Positions 50,402-62,456 of a stretch of 64,000 nucleotides of DNA are shown in pieces. Numbering within the stretch: position 1 is the stretch's first letter; each line of letters starts with the position of its first letter. This stretch comes from Paraspadella gotoi. Taxonomy: Eukaryota; Animalia; Chaetognatha. The notes beneath the pieces are model-generated. The model searched no databases. It had not been told where the DNA came from and worked only from the letters and a program-made list of their open reading frames with translations. The position numbers and the translations under genes were made by a program. The stretch spans positions 16,436,005 to 16,500,004 of the forward strand of contig CM119265.1 in the NCBI GenBank assembly GCA_051294375.1, given 5' to 3'.

Positions 50402-53400
50402 TCAAACGTTTAACTCGAGGTAAGACGTGGGCACAAAGCCATCGTCGGACTCGCCACGCGGCGGTGGTCGACGCACCCTCGTCCATCCGTCGCCTTGGTC
50501 TTCCTCGACCACTTCGAGTTCTTCCCCTTCCAACATGCTAATTGTTCCCGCGTTGTCGGCTGAAATGTAAATCGAATACTTTTTAAAAAACTATTCTTAA
50601 TTCTAAAATTTCAAATTTTTGTTAAAAAATTATTTTAATCGACGAAAAACTTCTCAACATCTATTTCTAACCTTGGAAGGAATAAAGAGCTCTGCAGCGA
50701 CAAATAACGGGTAGGTCCTCGTCTTGGTATCCGGCGTCTCCAATATAACCTGATTCGGGGCTGTAGCTAGAGGATTGATCGATGTCCTGGGCAGACCTGG
50801 AAATGAATTTAAAATAAGTGAGAAATTAGCGATTTCCAAGTCAAAAAACGGCTAAAACTGTAGGAAAAGGATTATTTATTCCGTTAAAGATCGAACAAAA
50901 TTTTCAAAGCTCGACTCTAAAGTCTTAGTGTATTAATAAGGAAAAAAACAAGTGACAACTACAAAAAGTCAATTTCTAAGAAATTTTCATCCTATCATGC
51001 ATGAAAGAAACGCTACTCCGTCCTGCCTCAGCAGCGTATATTACAAAGTCTAATAGTTTTTTCGGCAAAAAAAGTCAGAAAAGTATAACTGCAGGGACAA
51101 GAACGATAAATAAATTCATATAAAATAGATACCACATTAAACAGATCTCTGAACACAAAATTTAAGAGCAAATAACTTGATGCACCATAAAATTTTTTTA
51201 GCCAAATCTTTAAGAAAATATTTGTTTAATGAAATACATTTAAAGATGTTTCTGTTCTATTCCCTGTATTTTTACCTTTGTTAAAAAATTTGGCTAAATT
51301 TTACTTTCGCCGAACGCGGTTTTGGCGGCTTTTGAAAAACTATTTAAAAATATTAAAAAAATTTAAAATATTTTTTTTCTTAATTACTTTAACCTTAAAC
51401 CCTAACCACCACTAACCCCTCCCTAACCCCGGTCGGCGAAAGTAAAAATAACCAAAAATTTTTCTACCCTAAAATTAAGCCAAAAATTACAATATTATTT
51501 AGATTCGTTTTAATTTTAAAGCATTTAAATTTTTATAAATAAAAAGCAAAGATTTTTAATTCTTAAGAAATATTTCAAAATAAAATTATCCTATAAAAAG
51601 TTGTTTACACAAAATAAAGGTTTTTTTTAAAAAATATTTTGATGAGTGGGTTACAAGGGGAAAACTTTTAAATTATAACCATAAAACCTTTGGGGTTACT
51701 TTTACTTTCGCCGACCGGGGTTAAGGATGGGTTAGTGTTAAAGGTAATTTAGGGGTAGTTTAGGGTTAAGGGTGGTTAGGAGGGTTTAGGGTTAAGATAA
51801 TTAGATAATATTTTTTTTTAAATTTTGTATTAAAAAATAAATATTTTTAAATAATGTTTCAAAAGACGCCATAACCGCGGTCGGCGAAAGTAAAATTTAG
51901 CCAAAAATAAATAACCACACCCCTGGGTCAGTCATTATGCTACCCTTTACACCAATTGCAAGTGATCTGATAATATCAGATTTTATTGATTAAGTTATGC
52001 GTTGATCGCTATATTAGTCGTCTTAATTAAATGCCGTAAGGGCGAATCAATTCGGCAGAGGGAAAGGGTCGCGCGTGGCGTCATTACCCAAACTCGATAT
52101 CATCATCGTCTGGTGGGGGAGGCGGAGGGGGATAGGAAGGGGGCTCGGGGACGCCCTCCTCTTCGCCCGTAGGCGGGAGAAACTCGGCGGCAGAGCCGGC
52201 TCCGGATACAGTCTCGGCCGCGTCAGAGACTGAATCCCCGGCGTCAACGTGCGCCTCGGACAAAGTAGGTAGGCGGTCAGGCTCCGTCTCGACAGGCGGT
52301 AGAGGCGCCATACGGTGAGGAACCGAACGTTTTTCCCTGATTGGGACGGAAGGCGGACGATCGAGAGAAACGTAAAGGGAAGGGGAAAGAAAATAGAGAA
52401 AGAAAAAGTTGGCGGTTTTTAGGAACCTTCCATTATTCGAGTAAAAAAAAAAAGAAAAAAGCGAAAAAAAAGCCCGCGCTGCGATCAGAGTGGGAAACGT
52501 GAAAAAAAAAAACTTCATGCAAAATGTTTCAAAGAGAAAACACTTTTTTGTTATGCGGCAAACCATATAAAATTTGCAAACCCGAGCGGTCAACGATAAA
52601 ACCAACGACAAACGGTAAGTAGGGGCGAAAAACAGTCCGACGGATTTAATGAAAAAATATCAACATTTTAATATTTTGTTATCTTTTTTATCTTTTACAC
52701 ACATATCCGGTTATTAAAGAATATCTTCAATGGCAACTAACTAAATAATCGTCAAACAAGGTGGATAATGAAGAGAAAAAATGGTACATTTCATTGGCGG
52801 CGAGGTGCTGTTGTAGTTTCTGAGCCATCGGCGTCTCAACCGAAAGCTGCGTCTCGCTTCCTCGAGGCGGAACGGGCAGCGGGCCGCGACCGCCGTTGGA
52901 TCGGAGAGAACCATGACTCGAACTCCCGTTGGTTCCGTTTTGATGGCGCTGAAGGTTGTGATGACTAAGCGTTTGTTGATTCTGCTGCTGCTGCTGCAGT
53001 TGCTGATGTTGCTGTTCGGTCATGAATTGAAGAGGCGAGTCCCAAAAGGCGTCACGACTGGTCGACGTCGCGGACGAGGACGCCATTGACGACGACGACG
53101 ACAGCGAGGGAATCGACGGTGGGAGCATGAATGAAGACGTGGCCGTCGAAGGGATCGCCACAAATGAAGATTGGGCCGAGGTCGTGGTTAATGGCGTGGT
53201 CAAGGACGCCACGGGAACGGCGTTTCTATCGACCGGTCACGAACGAGGAATCCAGGTCAAAGTAATCACAGGAAAAAAAAAATTAAAAGAAACTGTAACC
53301 ATCGCTACGAAAATTTAGTAAAACATAAAACAAGATAGGCAATCAAACCACTAAGTCGCAAAATAATACCATAAGCTGAAAGGAAATTTAAAAGGATCCA

Positions 53401-56400
53401 AGCTAGACTTACAAGTGGTGGGGTGGCTGCGGCGTTGACGGCGCGCTGGACTCGGCCTCTCCGGGGTCAGTGTTGCCTGAGTGAGTAGAAGAAGCACCCC
53501 CGCTACCCGCGTGCCCACTTTCGGCTCCTCCTAAAATGACAGGGAAAGAGTTATGGGTCAAATCCTAACAAAACTTTCCAGAAAATTCATGTAGTTTGCT
53601 TGTTTTTAAGAGCTTTGACCCGGATTCAAAGATTTGTCTCATTCTCGGTAAAAATCGCTCTCATTCTTGAACGATATTAAATAAAAAATATCACACTTGA
53701 CGTAGAAAAACATCGATCACTAAATGTTTATTCGAGAGACGATAATGACGATTAAAGGTCAGGCAAAGGAGCGGTGTACTCAAGAATAAAAACCTGACGA
53801 AGTAAGATTTAAATTAAGATTTTATTAACCAAAAACTGATTTGAATTTATCTCACAACATAATTATCTTACGGAGAAAAATCGAAATGAAAAGCGCATTT
53901 TTACTAATTTGGTCGTTTTTAGTAGTGATCGAGGCTTCAAAACTTATGAATATTTTGCATCACCTTCAAGGATCAAAAAATTTTGGACGAGCTTCACAGG
54001 TTAGTTAAAACCGGGAAATTGCTCGGCCTTTTGGATAAATATTCTTGTGATATTGACTCATAAAAATAATAAAAACCTTTTATAACATCTAAATAACCTT
54101 TTAAAACCTTTTATAACATCTAAATAATCTAAATAACCTCAAAAATGTCCATATTAATTTATATACGAAAATTGTAGCTTGTCATCATTTATTTTAGTCG
54201 TCCAGCAATTTAATCAGCGCATTAATGGATATTTTGAGACATCGATTAAAGAACCAAGAAATACTCGAAAATGATAGAGAAGAAGAAACAAGACAAAGTC
54301 AAGAGGTATGCCGAATTACATAGAAACAACATTCAAGAAAAGTAACTATGCAACAAGTCAACGAAAATTCTTTTTTTTTTAGCATCATTAGCTCATATGA
54401 ATACTTTCAAATTATATCTTTAAATCGTATGTTGCGTCAGGTCATGCCAAAATATCGTCTCCCAGGGGATATCTCGCCGATACACTACGAGATCAAGATA
54501 TTAACTCACATTCAGCCGGGTGAAAACATGGATTTCTATTTTGAAGGTCGCGTCAAAATGACGTTTCGTGTTATTTACGACACTCAAAATATCACAATTC
54601 ACTCCAAAAATTTGAAGCTCTCGCACAGAACGGCCGCAGTGGTCGATCGACAAACGAAAGAAAAGATTGATATCCAGAAAATATCGGAAGAGAACGACCT
54701 CTTGGTCATAACCTGCAGCGGAATTTTGATAGCCGGCAGAGATTACCATTTGTTCCTTCAATATAAAGCGAATGGAGGCAAAAGAGAGACAGGATTCTTC
54801 CAAGCAGCAAAAAATCTATTTGTCACACAATTCGGACCAATTCATGCGAGGGAAGCCTTCCCTTGCATGGACGAGCCAGACAAAAAGGCTACATTTCAAC
54901 TTACTATCCAGTGCGACAAAAGATTTTGGGCCATATCGAACATGGAACTGGAAGAAGGGTTCCCGACTACAATTCTCCAAAGTGGCTCCTCAGAGTCTCG
55001 GGTGCGAATTTTCAACTTCCGGTCAAGTGTGAAAATGTCGACTTATGTTTTGGCCTTCGCGTTAACAGATTATGCCTTCGAGGAGGCTTCAACGATATCA
55101 AATGTAACTGTTAGAGTCTGGAGTCCGGATGATGGCAAAAACACATCGAAAAATGCACTTGACATGGCAGTGAAATCATTAGAGTTTTATGAAAAAATCT
55201 TAGAAACGCCGTATCCTTTATCAAAATTAGATATCTTGCCTTTACCTCTGAGTTTTATGTCGTCCAATATGGGGATGGAGAACTGGGGTTTAATTACCTT
55301 TAACGACAAATATTTCGGGAAACCCAATTTCTGTTGGGTTATGGCTCACGAGGTGGTTCATATGTGGTTTGGAAACCTGGTCACCATCAAATGGTGGGAT
55401 GACCTCTGGCTTACTGAGGGTATCGCCAGTTACTTTCACGAAATGGGTTGTAGTGATCATGGTCAGATGGTCCCAGACTCCGCTAAAGTCAGCTGGCACG
55501 ATCAACTGAATTCAATGGGAAGACAACCCTTAACGATTAACCTTGCTGGAGATAAGGAGGTTCTAAAACAGTTTACGAAGGATCAATATGTCAAAGGAGC
55601 CGCAATTGTTAACATGTTAAGAGTGAGCGTCGGATATGAAAATTTTTTTACGGGAATCAAACGTTACTTGAAAAAATATGAATACCGTAACGCCGGTTCA
55701 AAACAATTTCTCGATTCAATTGACCCTTTGCTAAATGAGTTTGTCGATTCTTGGACAAAACAAAGTGGTCATCCCATTCTTAATGTGGAAAGACTATACA
55801 CGATGAGACGCGCTGAATTAACACAAAGGCCTTTTCCCAAACAGTCGATGATACACAGCAGATCTTGGCACATTCCATTCACTATGGAAGGAGAAGTAGA
55901 AATTATAACGGGAAGAAGAAAAAATAATATTTATTGGCTTCGTCCAAATCAAATTAAAATTATCGGGGATTTGCCCGACCAAGATAAATGGATCATCGTC
56001 GACGCGGACGTGGACGGGTTCTACAATGTTAATTACGACTTACGAAACTGGAACCTTCTGGTGCGGCAGTTCTTAAAAAACCATACCGTCTTTCCTCTAC
56101 ACACAAGATTGCGCATTATGCAAGATCTTTTTCAACTTTCATTGAATGGAGTCGTCCCTCCAAGCCTCTGCTTAAAATTCATGCAGTATATGAAGTTCGA
56201 AAACGAACTCAAAGCCTGGCAAAAGGGAATGCACTTCTTGAGCAAAATAAATCGTAAATTGTTTTCCACACCGTATTTATGCCATTTTCACTCCATGATG
56301 AGATACTTGGTCGACGAAAGAATAAAGAGGAAATCCAGTGACGCTTTAAACAAATATGAAAAGCAAGTAGCCTGCTTAGGAAAGCACGTCATCTGCTATA

Positions 56401-59400
56401 AAGAAACTTCTTTCACCGAGGATGCAGGAGCGTACTTGAAGCAGAACAACTTCACACTCGTTACCAAGGATTGACGTGCATTTGATGTACGACTTTTTTC
56501 AAATCTCGTCATTGAATCGTTTGATAGAGCCGGATTTTGCTCTCATATTGCAATAATATATCTACGTTAGTTTTAAAAAAGAAAATTCGTGAGCAATTTA
56601 ATAAAGATGAGTAGACGATATGAAAAATTCTTTACATTCTTGGTACCACTGTGTATTCAATAATGGGCCGAGATTGATGTAATTCCGGTTACAAGTACTG
56701 TTGAGTGTTACATTTAATTATACTAGTAACGTAGTATATTATGCCGTATAAATAACATAGATCGATGGTTTATAAGTCAGGGACCTAATCCCGGTAATTT
56801 TACGGTATTTCAAGTTACTGCAGCATACTGCAGCTTCAATTTTTTTTTAAGATATAAAATCTTTAAGTACGAACTGGTTGATATAGCTTGTTATACAATT
56901 TTGTCTTATGCTAGAAATTAGATTTTTTTTTTTGAGAAATCCATAAACAGCACTCTCTCAATACCACCATAAAGAAACCCACTAGGTGATCATGGTAACT
57001 TTTGCAGGAGTGCAAATATTTATATTTAGTTGATTTTTAACTACTTGGGCGCGGAGCAAACATGACTCATGGTTTTCGGTTGCTTCCCATACTAATGGTT
57101 TTTGACATAAGCAAAACTAAATACAATCCAAAAGATAGAAAAATCCTTCTGCTATAAAAAATAATACAATTTTGTAAAACAATCGTTCGTGGGGGAGGAT
57201 CATTTAGGGGGGTAAGATTCAAGTCCGAACTCTGTAGATCATGTGATATTGTTATAATTGCCAGTGTTGGGGTTTTAATATGTTTCATTCCTTTTAATCC
57301 AATTGTCGTATTACATTAAGCCAGCTCTTGATCGCTTGATTAGTGCTGAATAAATGGTGATGCTCATGGCTGCCCAAAAATATTCGCTGCAGGTTATGAA
57401 TCATTATATCAGAACTATCTTTGAACCACTGACAAACATTAAGCCGATCCATGCCATATCAAGGTGAGCCGTCCTACAAAAATTACCGCTCATCACTAAT
57501 GCATCTGCCAGTTTACTTCAAGTGAGAGAATGCCTTTACTATCACGCCAATTACGGGCGTTGGTGCTTCATCCCCCCTATCGGATAACTCTGAGGCACTA
57601 GTCTACACAACAATTTCCGTCAGCAGCTTTGTCCAATCTACTAGACCCCACTTCTCAATAGTTTTGGTCAAGTTGTGAAGATTCTGGCTCTTTAAACCCT
57701 ATTTCTTCAGCGGATGTATATGACCAAAAGAAAGCCCTTAAAAAAGTGATTTAGGAAAGATGATTTTAATATATTAATAATGTTAAATATAACTTTTTTA
57801 GCGCAGGGTTTCAAATGGTCACCATGTCTTCATTAGTCAAAGAATCGTAAGTAATAGCTTACCAGTGCTATTGCTGGCCATACTGAGGTCAGACGTCGAA
57901 TGCCGGAATTCTGGACCTGCGCCGCCCATTTTGGGCGACAAATCTTGATTAGAGCCGCTGAGTTGAGTGAGTTGAGCCTCGACCTCGTGCAAAAAACCCT
58001 GTCAAACCAGGGGAGTTCGAGTGTGACGCTATCGGGTAACAAAAGCAGCACAATTCAATAATAATTAACCTGATACTTTTTTAGCTCAGTCTGTAGAGAA
58101 TCTAGGACTTTCTGATTTTCTGCCAATCGATGGGCGAGGGGAGCCGCATCCCCCAGGCTGGGATTCTTGGTGTACAATTCGCTCATCCTCGTCATCGCGT
58201 CACGTTCTTCGGCCTCTTTTTTGATCTTAAGTCGAAGGAAAGAATAGGATAGACAGTAAGGTGGAGTGATGAAAAGATTAAACAATAGCTAACCTGCGAA
58301 TTGAGAGCGTCGATCTTGGTTTGAAGTCGCTTTTGCCGCTGAGTCGGTGGCAAATACCGAAAATCTTCGCTCTCTTCGCCCTAGAAGAAAAAGAGAACAG
58401 GATGTAATTACGAGAGCTAAAATCAAAAATGAGAAAAATCACCGTAAAATCCCTCATTGAATTTTAATTCATCTCTCGATTTCATTGCATGAAGCGGGTT
58501 AAACTATGTCAAAGTCAAAATGTTAAATATTCCAAACTATTTAAAGTTAATTTCAGCACCGGTGAATGAACATGATTTTTTTTTACCGTGTTACGAGACT
58601 AAAAATAAACAGCAGGAGAGAAATGAGGCGTATAAAAGAAAAAAACGTAACTTGAAAAACTATGAAAGAAAAGGGGGGCCTTTTTAGCGGTACAACGGTA
58701 CAACTACAACCTCAAAAAAAAAAAAGCGGAAAACACCGCTGAGAATTAACCATCCGAGCTTAATGAATCAAGAATCAACATAGAATCAAATTTTGGGACA
58801 AAAAATCGAATTTTGTTTTCTAGTTCTTCCTTATGAAAAGACATGTACCTCTCGGTCAGCATAACACGTATTGACGCGGATTCTCGAAGACATATATAAA
58901 GGATTGTCTCCCGCGAACGAATTTTCTTGATAAGAATTCTGATATTACGCAAGTTTGGTATCATTATTATGACACACTGCAACACGGAAAATTAATAACT
59001 CAAACAAAATCACTGATTAAAATTAACACTAAATACCTTAAATTGAGAAGCAAAACTTGACACTGCCTTCAAAACATACTGGTCATAGTAAAATAGAAAA
59101 TACATATCAGTTTGTAATAAACCAACTTCGAAACTATATGATTAGCTAAATTTTTAACAAAAAAAAAGAAAATAAATCAAGCTATCTAGAAAAACGAAAA
59201 TTGATGTACCGGTTTTCTAATTGAAGATGCACTTAAGGTATTCTGAAAAGAGAAAAAAAATCTGTAACAGAGAAATGCACCCGAATTATAACCGAGGAAA
59301 AAAAACTTGGCGATTAATAACAGCAGACTCACCTTGTCTTTATGGAAAAAGTCCATGACTCGGGGTTTTGATCTTTTTTTGTTTCCAATTGTTCCAGACT

Positions 59401-62400
59401 GAAAAAAGAAAAAGAAAGCTTAAGAAAATAATAGTAATAAAGACTACAAGGTTTCATAGTGCGCCGTTTATATTTATTGCGAGAACCGAGGAAGAAACAA
59501 AGCGTGAAGATTTCGACAGATCTTGGGAGCCAAAAAAGGGCCATAATTGAATCTTTAAACAACATTGACATTATATGAATATAAATTTGAGGGATTTTTA
59601 TTTCAGAACTTGTTCAGATTCCTTATGGTAACTGAAGTATTTCCTGTTTTCCCAGATTATAATTAAAGTACGAAGATCTCAGGCCAACATTCATTCAGTA
59701 CTCAATTAGCGTTGAAAATCCCAAAGAAACTATATTTTTACATATACTTGTATTAGTCTTATTATGAGAATAATAACTGAATTGGTAATTGAGTTCAATT
59801 AGAGAAGCAAGGAATTCCCTAAGACTGGACTGTGGACACGTGCTTGAATGATTGAATGTGTTATGTTGTCCGTTCCAGTTACAAAGTGCAAAGACGAATG
59901 GTCATGTAGATACCGGCAATGTATTTTTCCTTCGAAATCTTCCACTTTTGTACAGGTTGGTGTCTGATGAAAATGTCTTTGAATTCTGTATTTCGCATTA
60001 ATATTAAGCAAATTGCAGCAAGGGGAAAAGTATAGTTAAATATGAAAAAAAATTATTTGGTAGACATTTTTACCAATGAAAAATAAACAAATTATCACAA
60101 TGAATAGTCAACAAAGAAAATCATAAACAATTTAATTAATCGGGATTGATTAACTGACCTTGCCGATTGTGTTTAATTTATTAGGAGAAGGTTGAAGAGC
60201 CGAGCTTTCATGACTGGAAGCTGAGGATAAGGAGTTGTGGGAACCAGGATTCGTTCCATTGTTGTTGCCCGTTAGACTTGAATTACTAAAAATAAACGAA
60301 CTTTTTTTTCGCTAAATCAAATAAATTAATGATTGTTATAAATATAAAGTGATGAGGGTAAGTGAAAAGTTTACTACATATCAAAAACACTTACCTTGAA
60401 TTAAAATTATTCAAGTCTTCGAAAGGAATATCGCCAGGATGATTGAAGCCCGACTTGTACCGGCCTATTACTATCTGAGAGTCCTGAACGTTTATGTTGA
60501 GATTTATTTTCATAAATAATTATTAATTAAATTAAATAGGGAATTTACCTTTACAGGATCAATCTCATTTGATGCAGTAATCATTCCATCGAGGCACTTT
60601 TGAATGATCGGAAGAACTTTCTGATGAAGCTCTGCTGAATTTCGCATACAATCAGCTAATCGACTTATTCGCCTCTCGTCCATTTCCTAATTAAATTCAG
60701 TAGATTTATATTTCCTAATGTCAATGTTACGGATCGATTTAGCTCCATATGACAAACCGATAATTTTTGGGACTATTGTTACGTATTACCGCGTAGTGTC
60801 AAAATAATGTATAATAATGTAACCTTAACCATCTGTATTGAAAATAAGATGGTACAGTAAAAGAAAAAAGCGCTGATGCAGTATTTAAATACGCACCTGC
60901 ATGGCCTGAAAGACGGAAGGGATGTTCTTGGTGTAATGGTCTCGTTGAACAGAATTCGTTGACTCCAGTTGTTTGGCATACGCACTTTTACATTCATCGC
61001 ATATAGTTTTTTTGTTGTGCATCACATTTTTTGACTGAGAAAGAAATGAATGATATTAATCAATTTTTTACTAATTCCCAAAAACGTAAAACAGTAACTG
61101 CAAGATGCAAATTTATCTTTATATACAGTGATATTATCACATTTTGCCAAAATCTAATGCAACCTAATAATAAAAGTCGCGATATTTTTCCAAAAGAGGT
61201 TAGCAGCCTCTGGTGCTACATTTCAATCCAAATTAAATTGAATTAAAATATAAGTTTAAAGTAGCAAAGAGGCGTATAAATTTCAGACGAGAGAGCTCAC
61301 CCTTTCAACTTCTGCCCTGGAAAGATTTAAGTCGGCATCGGCCTTGTGGAAATTTTCGATGGCGGTGCAGGATTGTTTGAAAGCCTTTTCGTAAGTTTTT
61401 TTAGTTTTGTCGAGTTGATCAAGTGAGAGCTGTAAATTTTTCGAATGATTGTCGCCGTCCGCCATGTGCTAAAAGAAATGAAATGAAACATATAGAAAGG
61501 TGTATAAAGGTGTATACTTGCCTAACTCATGAAATTGTATCTAACGATTCTTTTACTATAGTTTTAGTATAGATTTTTGTCATTCTCTTATTTGCAATGA
61601 TATTTTTTTTATAATTAAAAATATTGTTAATAATTAAAATAGTATGGAATGTTAAAATAAACATATAACAAGAAAAAATTCATATTAAAAATTCTTATTA
61701 AGAGAAGAATATTCACTATATGCACTATGAAGAATACTGCAGTGCAGATAACTGTATGAATTTTTTCTTGTTATACGTTTATTTTATCATTCCATACTAT
61801 TTTAATTATTAACAATATTTTTAATTATAAAAAAATATCATTGACAAATAAGAGAATGACAAAAATCTATACTAAAACTATAGTAAAAGAATCGTTAGAT
61901 GCAATTTCATGAGTTAGGCAAGTATACGATAGTAGAAGAACAAGAACGGTAATTCCAATGTGTTACGCCGCAGTGACTTTATTTTCATATGTATTTCTCT
62001 TTGATCAGATTTCGTCTTTTATTTCTTATAGTTTTAGGAATTCCTGAAGGCGGCGCTAGCAGTCTCTTAGATTTGAGATTTTTTCTGTCTTAACAAATGA
62101 GCAACCAACTATAGGAAAATTATATGCATTTTTAACGTAAATGGGACAGACCGACGGACAGAAATACCGACCGAGCGAAAAGTGACTTATAGAGTTTCTC
62201 CGCGAGTGCTCGCGGCGCAACTAAAAATGCAAGAGTCAACTTGGGTTAAGTCAGACTTACTTTCTTCCGTTCTTGTCTGAGCTCGGCCGCCAGAGCGACG
62301 ACGCTCTTAGCAACCTCGTCCGCCAACTTCTCCGCAATGCTTTCATGCTGACCGGCGAGGTCTCCAACCTCCGTAAGTAGGCGATGAAATCCAACGTTAG

Positions 62401-62456
62401 CGCTGAATTCAGAGTCTTCATTCTTCTTTTTCGGAGTAAAGTTTTTCAAGAGTTTG
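50402..62456 (-). CDS. Cip4: CIP4/FNBP1/Toca-1 family F-BAR-HR1-SH3 protein; 5' exons lie beyond the window
   Basis: F-BAR exons: 62456-62261, 61468-61301, 61034-60897, 60686-60549 and 60483-60395 ([48 protein letters not shown]). Then 60285-60159 and 59398-59333. HR1 exons: 58380-58294, 58225-58070 and 57998-57863 ([24 protein letters not shown]). Then 53530-53413 and optional 53225-52788 and 52336-52088. SH3 exons: 50796-50672 and 50559-50402 ([28 protein letters not shown]). Confidence 0.92.
51292..51902. mobile_element. Composite inverted element made of two short TIR units in opposite orientation, with telomere-like (TTAGGG-like) tracts
   Basis: Outer GGCTAAATTTTACTTTCGCCG...CGGCGAAAGTAAAATTTAGCC. 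Inner copies of the same motif at ~51431-51453 and ~51692-51718. CCCTAA-rich tract at ~51390-51430 and TTAGGG-rich tract at ~51718-51795. Flanks are TTT and AAA. Confidence 0.7.
54070..54140. repeat. Short tandem duplication (AAAACCTTTTATAACATCTAAATAA x2)
   Basis: Directly visible. Confidence 0.8.
54225..56474 (+). CDS. M1-family zinc aminopeptidase (aminopeptidase N-like), nested antisense in a Cip4 intron
   Basis: ORF 54348-56474 contains [75 protein letters not shown] (HEXXH-x18-E), YVKG and WTKQSGHP. The likely real start is a 27-codon exon at 54225-54305 (gag|gtatgc) spliced in frame to the acceptor cag|54441. Confidence 0.9.
61517..61922. mobile_element. Foldback MITE (~406 bp, ~170 bp TIRs, TA/TATA flanks) in a Cip4 intron
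   Basis: TATA|CTTGCCTAACTCATGAAATTG...CAATTTCATGAGTTAGGCAAG|TATA, with near-perfect long inverted arms. Confidence 0.88.
62140..62228. mobile_element. Probable end of a Helentron/HINE(DINE-1)-like non-autonomous element
   Basis: GACAGACCGACGGACAGA microsatellite-like tract, then CTTATAGAG, a GC hairpin CCGCGAG-TG-CTCGCGG and terminal AACTAAAAA. Recognised by architecture only. Confidence 0.4.

Noticed and set aside
57300-57730. Possible decayed transposase or other coding fragment in a Cip4 intron
   Set aside because: Stops interrupt the frames I read and I could not identify any motif with confidence.
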